A stretch of 24,676 nucleotides of DNA, from positions 1 through 24,676 of the IMG/VR virus record IMGVR_UViG_3300032277_000073. One strand, 5' to 3'. Each line of letters opens with the position of its first letter. Within the stretch, counting starts at the first letter, position 1. The DNA is from a virus (Duplodnaviria; Caudoviricetes). A model generated the notes under the pieces. That model saw nothing but the letters and a program-made list of their open reading frames with translations, did not search any database and was not told where the DNA came from. Of the stretch, positions 9,414 to 16,169 are shown piece after piece. Made by a program: the position numbers and the translations under genes.

Positions 9414-9611
9414 TTAGATGTCCTCTATATTTGCATGTTCAACAGTCATGTTGTGCTTATAAATTTCTAAAAGACCTATTAAAGCTTCTATAGGTAAACC
9501 TTTTTCTACATACTTAATAAGACAGTTTCCAATTTCTTCTGATGCTTCATTCAAAACTACATCTATAGAAATAGTTTTATTTGTATCTAAATAAATTACA
9601 TTTTCATCCAT
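9414..9611 (-). CDS. Hypothetical protein (65 aa, acidic)
   Basis: Fills the gap between the sulfotransferase-like gene and the basic-protein gene on the coding strand. No motif recognised. Confidence 0.6.
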   Translation of the reverse strand: MDENVIYLDTNKTISIDVVLNEASEEIGNCLIKYVEKGLPIEALIGLLEIYKHNMTVEHANIEDI

Positions 9612-9625
9612 GTGATAAAGCTCTA

Positions 9626-10378
9626 TTAATTATACACCGCATATGCCTTTTCCCATGCAGCAAAATCTTTTGCAAACATGTCTAAAGTTTTTTGTTGTCT
9701 ATCAGCAGATAAATTATTAAAGTAATATGTATTGTCATGGTCACTTTCACGAATATTTAAATTACTTTTAACCGTACCACCTTTAGCTTCTATAAATGCT
9801 GTAGCATGTTTGTTTATATTTTCAAAATTAAAAAGCTGGGCATGATCTGGATAATAAGACATTTGTGATTTACAGCTATCTATAACCGCTTGATGTTCTG
9901 GTATTTCAATAAAAATAAAATCCCATGATGCATCAGGTTCTGAAATACGAATGTCTTTCCATTGATCTATCTCAGAATAATTACCATATTTTTTTAAATT
10001 TTTAGCAGCGATTGCTTTTCTACGTATATTAGCGTAATAATATAAAGAGGCAAGCCAATCTACAGGATGTCTAATAGTACCAACCCACGGCATATCTGCT
10101 GGAGCTAGTCCTTCTTCTACTACTTGAGTATATGTTTTCTGTGCTTCTTTTAAAGAGTCGTAACCATGCAAATTTGTAGGTAATTCAGAATACTTTAAAT
10201 TGTTATTAGCATCGCTGTATTCTTTAAACTCTTGCCATGTTGAGAAACCACCTTCTAAAGTGTAAACATCTTTATCAGAATCAATAAGACCTGACTCTAA
10301 GAAATATATTTCAAGAGAAGCACCACCAGTTTTTTGTGCCCTTGTAACAGCAAAATTATTTGAATTACATACAATCAT
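9626..10378 (-). CDS. Sulfotransferase-family protein (Sulfotransfer_2-like, 250 aa)
   Basis: N-terminal 5'-PSB-like loop FAVTRAQKTGGASLE (consensus FxHxPKTGGTS), 3'-PB-like motif IRHPVDWLASLYYY, later FNFENI and a C-terminal FAKDF motif. ATGA overlap with the upstream ORF. Confidence 0.75.
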   Translation of the reverse strand: MIVCNSNNFAVTRAQKTGGASLEIYFLESGLIDSDKDVYTLEGGFSTWQEFKEYSDANNNLKYSELPTNLHGYDSLKEAQKTYTQVVEEGLAPADMPWVGTIRHPVDWLASLYYYANIRRKAIAAKNLKKYGNYSEIDQWKDIRISEPDASWDFIFIEIPEHQAVIDSCKSQMSYYPDHAQLFNFENINKHATAFIEAKGGTVKSNLNIRESDHDNTYYFNNLSADRQQKTLDMFAKDFAAWEKAYAVYN

Positions 10379-10599
10379 TTTGTAATTACCACCGTATCTG
10401 TATCACTAAAAAATAACATATTACCTTCACACACAATGTTCCAATTTAGTCCTTCTTGTTCTGTCCTAGAAGGAACTTCAATAATAACGTGTCTTGCTAA
10501 CCATTCAGTGTTACCTTGTAAGACTCTCCATGCGTGTTCAGTAGAACCTCTACCTACTTGACCTTTTGATTTATTAAATCTTATTCTGTATCTGGGCAT
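10375..10599 (-). CDS. Hypothetical protein (74 aa, beta-rich)
   Basis: MPRYRIRFNKSKGQVGRG...HAWRV...WNIVCEG. Overlaps both neighbours, suggesting translational coupling. Confidence 0.7.
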   Translation of the reverse strand: MPRYRIRFNKSKGQVGRGSTEHAWRVLQGNTEWLARHVIIEVPSRTEQEGLNWNIVCEGNMLFFSDTDTVVITK

Positions 10600-10955
10600 A
10601 TAGGAAGTTCAAGATTTGTTGCAAGATCAGGTTTTAATTTTGTAGCTTCTAAAGCCATTACATATTCTTTCCATAAAAACATATCACCTACTGTTAAGCC
10701 AGCATCCTCAAGAGCTTCTAAAGCTTTGTTTTTTTCTGCGTTAATTCTATCTAAGTTCCTATTAGTTTTAATTTGTTTTTCTTCTTCTGTTGAAAGCTCA
10801 ATCCAACCTTGATCTACATAGTCAGGCCCGATCCACGAAAGATCTCCTAACTTTTCTTTAATTCCTGCAAGACCAAATATCGGACCCCAATTATTTGGAA
10901 GTGGCCCTGCTTCGCTTAGTGCTTCGTCTGTTGACAATTTTCTTAGTTGCCACAT
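10581..10955 (-). CDS. Putative degenerate tail-fibre assembly chaperone (124 aa)
   Basis: C-terminal WKEYVMALEATKLKPDLATNLELPICP parallels the chaperone-type tail ATYRQALRDITTHSNFPNLSKDDWPTAP of ORF 15664-16158. GAGGA RBS. Confidence 0.55.
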   Translation of the reverse strand: MWQLRKLSTDEALSEAGPLPNNWGPIFGLAGIKEKLGDLSWIGPDYVDQGWIELSTEEEKQIKTNRNLDRINAEKNKALEALEDAGLTVGDMFLWKEYVMALEATKLKPDLATNLELPICPDTE

Positions 10956-11403
10956 TAGGTTCTTCCTCTTTAATTTGATTTAAAGCCACACCCGGCTGCT
11001 CTCCTAATTTAGGTAATTCTACTGCTTGTGTTAGTTTTTCTAGTTTATGTTTCGGCTGAGGCGCATAACCGACACCTTGAAAAGGCTGCATACCTCTAGC
11101 GTGTTCTAGTTCTTCTGGACTCATTTTCCAATCACGCCAAGCTCCGAAATCTTGTCTCGGTACAATTTGAATGTGACAACCTATTCCAGCCGATAGTTGA
11201 TTAATTAACTCCATAACTTCTACAGGCTGGTAAGTGTTCCATAAAAACTTTCCTGATCCGCTTCGCATTATTATTTCTATTGCACCACCACCTGCTGTGC
11301 CTATCGTTATAGATTGCGCTCTAGTTTTATTTGCTTTTAAAGATTCTAATTGTTGCTCTCTTGACTTTTCAGCAAATTGTTTTTCTAGTTCTTTCTGGTT
11401 CAT
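10891..11403 (-). CDS. Hypothetical protein (170 aa)
   Basis: Start placed at ATG 11403, which forms an ATGA overlap with the Gly-rich gene stop (the track's start at 11415 is TTG). Core TRAQSITIGTAGGGAIEI...PRQDFGAWRDW, basic tail. Confidence 0.7.
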   Translation of the reverse strand: MNQKELEKQFAEKSREQQLESLKANKTRAQSITIGTAGGGAIEIIMRSGSGKFLWNTYQPVEVMELINQLSAGIGCHIQIVPRQDFGAWRDWKMSPEELEHARGMQPFQGVGYAPQPKHKLEKLTQAVELPKLGEQPGVALNQIKEEEPNVATKKIVNRRSTKRSRATSK

Positions 11404-12395
11404 TGTGCATTCCAAGAAACGACTACTTGACCCCCAGTAGTTCCAACTACAATAGGATAAGAGGCTCCGGGCGTAACAGTTACTGCCTGATTACCATTGT
11501 TGCTTCCTCCTCCACCAGAATTACCGGGATTATTTGATCCTGATCCAGCATTACCACTACCACCGCCTCCACCGCCACCTCCTCCAGCAGTATTTCCTGC
11601 CACACCTGCACCACCACCACCTCCACCGCCACCTGCTGTACCTGTAACATCTGGATAAGAAGTACAAAAACCACCATTTTTACCGGGATTTGCAGGAGCA
11701 TTAGTTAACACAGGATTAGATTCAGCACCTCTTCCACCAGACCCACCCCATGTACCGCCACTAGAACCTCCTCCGCCAGATCCCGGAGAAGCATCACTAG
11801 CACCCGGCGACCCACCTGCAGAGTTGTATGAAGCACCACCACCACCTCCACCGCCTGAACTACTTACCGCCCCTCCAAATATACTACAGTCATAAGGAGT
11901 CGTATAAGACCCACCGTATCCTCCACTTCCTCCTCCATACCTTCCTGTTCCACTTGGAGTAAAGCTGTTTGCAGGATATGAATTACCTGCTCCTCCCGGA
12001 TTTCCACTAGAACCTCTAGTGGCTGCAGAGCCTCCTACGCCAGCATTGCCCCCAGTTGATGTTAACCCAAAAGCAGAAGAGGGGTTTCCAGCTGTTCCGG
12101 GACTACCTGCTACAGATGGATTACCTGTACCATTACCTCCAGTCCCACCAGACTTTCCACCCCACATCGGGTTGCCCGGGGCTCCATATGCTCCACTTCC
12201 TCCAGAACCCCCAGAACCATAACCGCCCCCTGAACCAGCACCACCAGAATTACCGCTACCCCCTGTAATATTTACTGTAACTGCTGTTATATCAGCAGCA
12301 GTATATGTTCCGGAAGTATTAAATGTTTCGCTTCCTGCTGCTACAGGAACTCTTCCTCCCCCAAACAAACCAACTTTAGAAGTTCCTATAGGCAT
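11400..12395 (-). CDS. Glycine-rich protein, putative polyglycine-II adhesin/tail-tip protein (331 aa)
   Basis: AGGAG RBS. Long G-X-X runs and poly-Gly tracts flanked by beta-strand-like ends (ETFNTSGTYT...VTVNITGG and VTVTPGASYPIVVG...GQVVVSW). Contains 8 X-Pro-Gly triplets and 2 Cys. Confidence 0.75.
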   Translation of the reverse strand: MPIGTSKVGLFGGGRVPVAAGSETFNTSGTYTAADITAVTVNITGGSGNSGGAGSGGGYGSGGSGGSGAYGAPGNPMWGGKSGGTGGNGTGNPSVAGSPGTAGNPSSAFGLTSTGGNAGVGGSAATRGSSGNPGGAGNSYPANSFTPSGTGRYGGGSGGYGGSYTTPYDCSIFGGAVSSSGGGGGGGASYNSAGGSPGASDASPGSGGGGSSGGTWGGSGGRGAESNPVLTNAPANPGKNGGFCTSYPDVTGTAGGGGGGGGAGVAGNTAGGGGGGGGGSGNAGSGSNNPGNSGGGGSNNGNQAVTVTPGASYPIVVGTTGGQVVVSWNAQ

Positions 12396-12964
12396 GGCTG
12401 TACTCCTAAAGATTCTCGTTTATCAAATTTGTATTCAACATAAGGACCATTTTTATCTACGTAATGCAACATAAATTGAACGTTCATTTGATCTTTAACC
12501 AATTTTCTTCTCCAGTGCATTGTTTCGCAACCTTTATAAATTGCAGCCTCTCCAGCAGATAGTATTAATTTTGCTGGATCATTATCTTGGTACTGCATCC
12601 AAATAGGCCATGGGTTTCCAGTACAAGCAACATTAACAGTTACACTAATCTCACATGAAGGTCTATCTGTGTGAGGTTGTAGCTCTTCACCTTCTTGATA
12701 AACCCTACTAAATGAATAAGTAGGTTCTAAGTTCAGTCCTGTATGCTCTTCTACTAGAGGCAAATATTCTTTAAGAATTGTTTCTATTAAAGGATCTGCG
12801 TAATAACTAAATTTACTAGAATCACCAGCAGAAATTATTTCTTTAGCTAACCACTCACCTCGTTTTATTTTATTTTCAAAATACTGAGATATTATGCTTA
12901 TAGATTGTTGATCTATAAATTCTGGTACTTTAACATACCCAAAGTCTTTAAATTTATTAATCAA
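12386..12964 (-). CDS. 2OG-Fe(II) dioxygenase-fold protein #4 (HxD...H)
   Basis: YSFSRVYQEGEELQPHTDRPSCEISVT...GEAAIYKGCETMHWR. TTG start overlaps the upstream stop, so the exact start is uncertain. Confidence 0.8.
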   Translation of the reverse strand: MINKFKDFGYVKVPEFIDQQSISIISQYFENKIKRGEWLAKEIISAGDSSKFSYYADPLIETILKEYLPLVEEHTGLNLEPTYSFSRVYQEGEELQPHTDRPSCEISVTVNVACTGNPWPIWMQYQDNDPAKLILSAGEAAIYKGCETMHWRRKLVKDQMNVQFMLHYVDKNGPYVEYKFDKRESLGVQPCL

Positions 12965-13550
12965 GAAGAAACCATCCTGTTACAATGTATTTTGTATTAT
13001 CACCGTACACAGGGTTCCCTCGGTGCATATGTGTGTATGTAGCCGGCCATAAAACCATAGTATTTTCAACAGGCTTTATTCTACGCTCTTGATATAAAAA
13101 TTCAGTTTCCCCATTAGCATCTTCAGGAAGAGTATTTAAATACAACATATAAACTACCGCTCTTCTTGAATCCCAAGGACCGTTTCCTTGTTCACAGTGC
13201 CATACGTGATAACCATTTCCTGAAGAAATTTCTTGTATTTTTATATTATTGCAAGATAACTTTACATCTTTAAGATAAGAAAATTGTTCTGAATACAAAT
13301 CATAGCATCGCTGTAAACCTTCAAAAAAAACTATGTCGAATGGATTATTTTTAAAGTTTTCAAAACCAGACATTAGGCTTAAAGACATAAAACTATCTTC
13401 TTTATAATGTTTATAAATGCCGTTTTCTTCTTGTCGAGTTCTCGCTCCATACTTTTTATTTTTTTTAAATTCTGAAATTAAATGTTGGCAATACCCTTCA
13501 GAATAAACGTTTGAAAAAGTACCTATAAAATCTTTATATTCAATGTTCAT
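12957..13550 (-). CDS. 2OG-Fe(II) dioxygenase #3, prolyl-4-hydroxylase-like (HxE...H...K)
   Basis: GYHVWHCE...YMLYLN...GETEF...WPATYTHMHRGNPV...KYIVTGW. ATGA overlap with the upstream gene. Confidence 0.9.
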   Translation of the reverse strand: MNIEYKDFIGTFSNVYSEGYCQHLISEFKKNKKYGARTRQEENGIYKHYKEDSFMSLSLMSGFENFKNNPFDIVFFEGLQRCYDLYSEQFSYLKDVKLSCNNIKIQEISSGNGYHVWHCEQGNGPWDSRRAVVYMLYLNTLPEDANGETEFLYQERRIKPVENTMVLWPATYTHMHRGNPVYGDNTKYIVTGWFLLD

Positions 13551-14137
13551 TTAAAAGGTGGCCCTGATACCCATGTTACTAATGTTTGACGATTTCCTTT
13601 TATTACAGGAGTTACTTGATGTAAAGTCCAAGAAGGAAACACTGTAATAAGACCTCGTTTCTTTTCAATACAAGTTGGAGTTTTAGAATTTAATAATTGT
13701 AACTCTCCTCCTTCGTACTCATTTGGCTCTGAAAGTTGTAAAACTAAAGATAATTTACGGCATGTTCCAGCAGAACCAAAGTCTTGATGCCATGTGTACA
13801 TCCCTTGATCTGATTCGTTGTAGTGAGTAAGCTGAAGCTTTTCACCAAAACCTGTCAAATCAAACCTAAAAAAATCTGCGTTTAATTTTGAAACAACATT
13901 TGCTAACTCTTCAAAAACCCAAGAATTGTTTTCATTTTTACTTAACCAATTAATTTTTGATCGTCTTACTTCAGGGTTATTATTATTATTATTTTCTGTA
14001 AGTCCACCTACTCCTGCTGATACCACAGCTTTTTTTGCCTCTCCTTGTAACCAATTCAACTGCTCTTCAGTAAAAGCCCCTTCCCACCAAGCAAAAGGTT
14101 CTATTTGTTTAGTATAAGGATCTAGCAAATGCTCCAT
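13547..14137 (-). CDS. 2OG-Fe(II) dioxygenase #2, PKHD/P4H-like (HxD...H...R)
   Basis: YTWHQD...RKLSLVLQLS...YEGGEL...FPSWTLHQVTPVIKGNRQTLVTW. TAATG overlap. Confidence 0.92.
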   Translation of the reverse strand: MEHLLDPYTKQIEPFAWWEGAFTEEQLNWLQGEAKKAVVSAGVGGLTENNNNNNPEVRRSKINWLSKNENNSWVFEELANVVSKLNADFFRFDLTGFGEKLQLTHYNESDQGMYTWHQDFGSAGTCRKLSLVLQLSEPNEYEGGELQLLNSKTPTCIEKKRGLITVFPSWTLHQVTPVIKGNRQTLVTWVSGPPFK

Positions 14138-14715
14138 TAAACAAACCTTTTATTACAAGAAAGTATAAAATGTATAAACTTAGTAGGTATATTAACTTGG
14201 TTAGTTGTAATCATATGAGGAAGCCAGCTATTAAACATCATCATAGTTCCGGGCATTACATTATTAAAATGTATTTTATTTGTAGCTAATGTAATTTCTT
14301 CGCTTTGAATAGCCCACAAATCACTCATTTGTTTACCTGTTCTAGGATCATCAAAAATAGGATAAGATCCTCCTTCTGGAGTTTCTAAAAAATAAAATCC
14401 TGAAATTTGACTGCTTGAATGTACATGCATTATATTACTGCCGTTACAATTAAACTCTTGACCCCACATACCTGAAACATAAAACTCATACTCATCAGTT
14501 AAATACCCTTGTTCTTTTAATATGCTTATTCCTTTATCTTTAAAATATGAAGATAAATAATTAAGATTAGAATCACTTACCATAGGACAAGTTTGTTTAA
14601 CTATAGAAGATTCACTCTTTTCATAGTATTGCTCACAGTGCTTTAATGTTTCTTCTAACCACTCTACACGTTCTTCTCGATAAATAAGAGAGGGGAAGTA
14701 AGAGTAAGCTTCCAT
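14137..14715 (-). CDS. 2OG-Fe(II) dioxygenase #1, TIGR02466/2OG-FeII_Oxy_5-like (HxH...H)
   Basis: GSNIMHVHSSSQISGFYFL...FDDPR...FNSWLPHMI. TAATG overlap. Confidence 0.88.
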   Translation of the reverse strand: MEAYSYFPSLIYREERVEWLEETLKHCEQYYEKSESSIVKQTCPMVSDSNLNYLSSYFKDKGISILKEQGYLTDEYEFYVSGMWGQEFNCNGSNIMHVHSSSQISGFYFLETPEGGSYPIFDDPRTGKQMSDLWAIQSEEITLATNKIHFNNVMPGTMMMFNSWLPHMITTNQVNIPTKFIHFILSCNKRFV

Positions 14716-14951
14716 TAACTATTTATATACGTATTTAATTCAGCTGCTAATTTAGTTATTGCATCTGAAGTAAGTGCAGTAGCATCAGCAGCTGCTTGAG
14801 TACGACGATTTTCGACTAAGATTTCTTTAGCCATACGCAATGTTTCTAATTTATTTGTTCTTGATAAATTAGCTGCATTAGCTGTGTTTCGCCCTGTTTC
14901 CATAGCAATGTTCATTTCTACTTGGGATTGTTGATCTGTTGTTAACGCCAT
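14715..14951 (-). CDS. Small helical hypothetical protein (78 aa)
   Basis: AGGAG RBS. KLETLRMAKEIL...AAELNTYINS. Coupled to oxygenase #1 by a TAATG overlap. Confidence 0.75.
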   Translation of the reverse strand: MALTTDQQSQVEMNIAMETGRNTANAANLSRTNKLETLRMAKEILVENRRTQAAADATALTSDAITKLAAELNTYINS

Positions 14952-14964
14952 TTTAAATCTCCTA

Positions 14965-15654
14965 TTAGCTTAAATCTTTGGCAGGAATTGTAACATAATA
15001 TGTAGTACCACCATCAGGTGTAAAAAAGAACCATATATCAGTTTTACTAGCTGTAGTAGTCCTACTAATAGATCCTCCCGGATACTTGAAAGTTCCTCCA
15101 GCCAAAGCTACAGTCCTATCAGCAGTACTATCATTTGTTAAAACTAAAGTAAATGAACTAGCTCTATTGCTTACACTATTAGAAGTAGCTAAAGTAAAAG
15201 TACAATTACCATTAAGTGTAGCAGTAAATAAATTACCATCATTTAAATCTATTGTTTGTGATGTTCCGGTGTTTCCTATAGCCACAACTTTATCAGAAAA
15301 TGTACCAGAAAAAAACTGATTGGTATCAAAAGGAATAACTAGGTTAGCACCTGAGTCTTGTATACCAGTAGTAACTTTAGGAGTTGTAAGTGCTGCACTA
15401 GTACTTAACGCCATATTACCAGTGCCTGTAGTACCTGTAACTCCGTCTACTAAGTTTAATTCAGCTGTTGTACTTGTTACGCCATCTAAAATATTTAGTT
15501 CTGCTGCAGTGCTTGTTACGCCATCTAAAATATTTAGTTCTGCTGCAGTGCTTGTTACGCCATCTAAAATATTAAGTTCTGCTCCAGTAGCAGTAACACC
15601 GTCAAGTGCATTGATAGTAGATGCGCTATCAGCTATGTCTCTTGCTCTACTCAT
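14965..15654 (-). CDS. Short tail fibre / secondary fibre subunit (229 aa)
   Basis: AGGAG RBS, MSRARDIAD start, four ELN(I/L)(L/V)DGVT repeats, and a C-terminal domain (AIGN...TIDL..GN...DGGTTYY) homologous to the C-terminus of the 881-aa fibre. Confidence 0.8.
   Translation of the reverse strand: MSRARDIADSASTINALDGVTATGAELNILDGVTSTAAELNILDGVTSTAAELNILDGVTSTTAELNLVDGVTGTTGTGNMALSTSAALTTPKVTTGIQDSGANLVIPFDTNQFFSGTFSDKVVAIGNTGTSQTIDLNDGNLFTATLNGNCTFTLATSNSVSNRASSFTLVLTNDSTADRTVALAGGTFKYPGGSISRTTTASKTDIWFFFTPDGGTTYYVTIPAKDLS
15473..15583. repeat. 39-bp tandem repeat encoding a 13-aa fibre repeat
   Basis: cttgttacgccatctaaaatatttagttctgctgcagtg occurs exactly at 15473-15511 and 15512-15550, with a partial third copy (one mismatch) to ~15583. 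Confidence 0.95.
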
Positions 15655-15663
15655 TTAAAACTC

Positions 15664-16158
15664 CTATGGGGCTGTAGGCCAATCATCTTTAGACAAATTA
15701 GGAAAGTTTGAGTGAGTTGTAATGTCCCTCAAAGCTTGCCTGTAAGTAGCCATTGCGTCAGTCATAGTGACATCAGATAAGGCATAAAAGTCTGTGTCTT
15801 TGAGCAACCCATCACGTTGTGTCCGTACCGCAGCAGAAGCATCAGCGTCTAGTCTTGCTTGGTAGACTGTCTCACGTTCTGCCTTAGTTATTTTTTTACC
15901 GTCTTTATCGGTAATGTCTGCAAACATATCTGTTTCTGTCCACGCCTGTACCCAATTGTCACCATCCTTTACAGCACCATCACGCACGACTTGCTTATAC
16001 GCTCCGCTTGCTTCTGGTTTAGGTGCTTCTAGCACTGGATCAATGTTTAGACTTGCACAGACATCTGCATTCCAGACTTTAGGTATTGAGACATTTTTAT
16101 TTAATGCGCGGATCTCGTTTTGTGACTTGAGTGATCCGTCTGAAGTTCTATATTCCAC
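15664..16158 (-). CDS. Tail-fibre assembly chaperone-like protein (164 aa)
   Basis: GTG start with AGGA RBS. C-terminal VRTQRDGLLKDTDFYALSD...YRQALRDIT..FP...WPTAP is the typical fibre-assembly chaperone signature. Confidence 0.85.
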   Translation of the reverse strand: MEYRTSDGSLKSQNEIRALNKNVSIPKVWNADVCASLNIDPVLEAPKPEASGAYKQVVRDGAVKDGDNWVQAWTETDMFADITDKDGKKITKAERETVYQARLDADASAAVRTQRDGLLKDTDFYALSDVTMTDAMATYRQALRDITTHSNFPNLSKDDWPTAP

Positions 16159-16169
16159 AATTGATTATC

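Noticed and set aside
11480-12268. Alternate-frame minus-strand ORFs 11480-11701 and 12056-12268
   Set aside because: By-products of GGN-rich low-complexity codons within the Gly-rich gene.
11400-12395. Gly-rich protein as a true collagen or an antifreeze protein
   Set aside because: G-X-X runs are short and interrupted with many Gly at X positions, unlike a triple helix. Ice binding has no support beyond fold analogy, and the context favours an adhesin.
13976-13993. (AAT)5-AAC microsatellite giving a six-Asn run in oxygenase #2
   Set aside because: In-frame, in a probable loop, and unremarkable in AT-rich DNA; it cannot switch the gene on or off.
12386-14715. Oxygenases as a DNA base-hypermodification (TET/JBP or AlkB) cluster
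   Set aside because: Motifs fit P4H/PKHD/TIGR02466-like families, and there are no methyltransferase, glycosyltransferase or nucleotide-metabolism neighbours; the context is tail genes. Disfavoured but not formally excluded.
15473-15583. 39-bp repeats as a possible CRISPR array
   Set aside because: Copies are contiguous with no spacers, are a multiple of 3, and encode a protein repeat; no cas genes are present.
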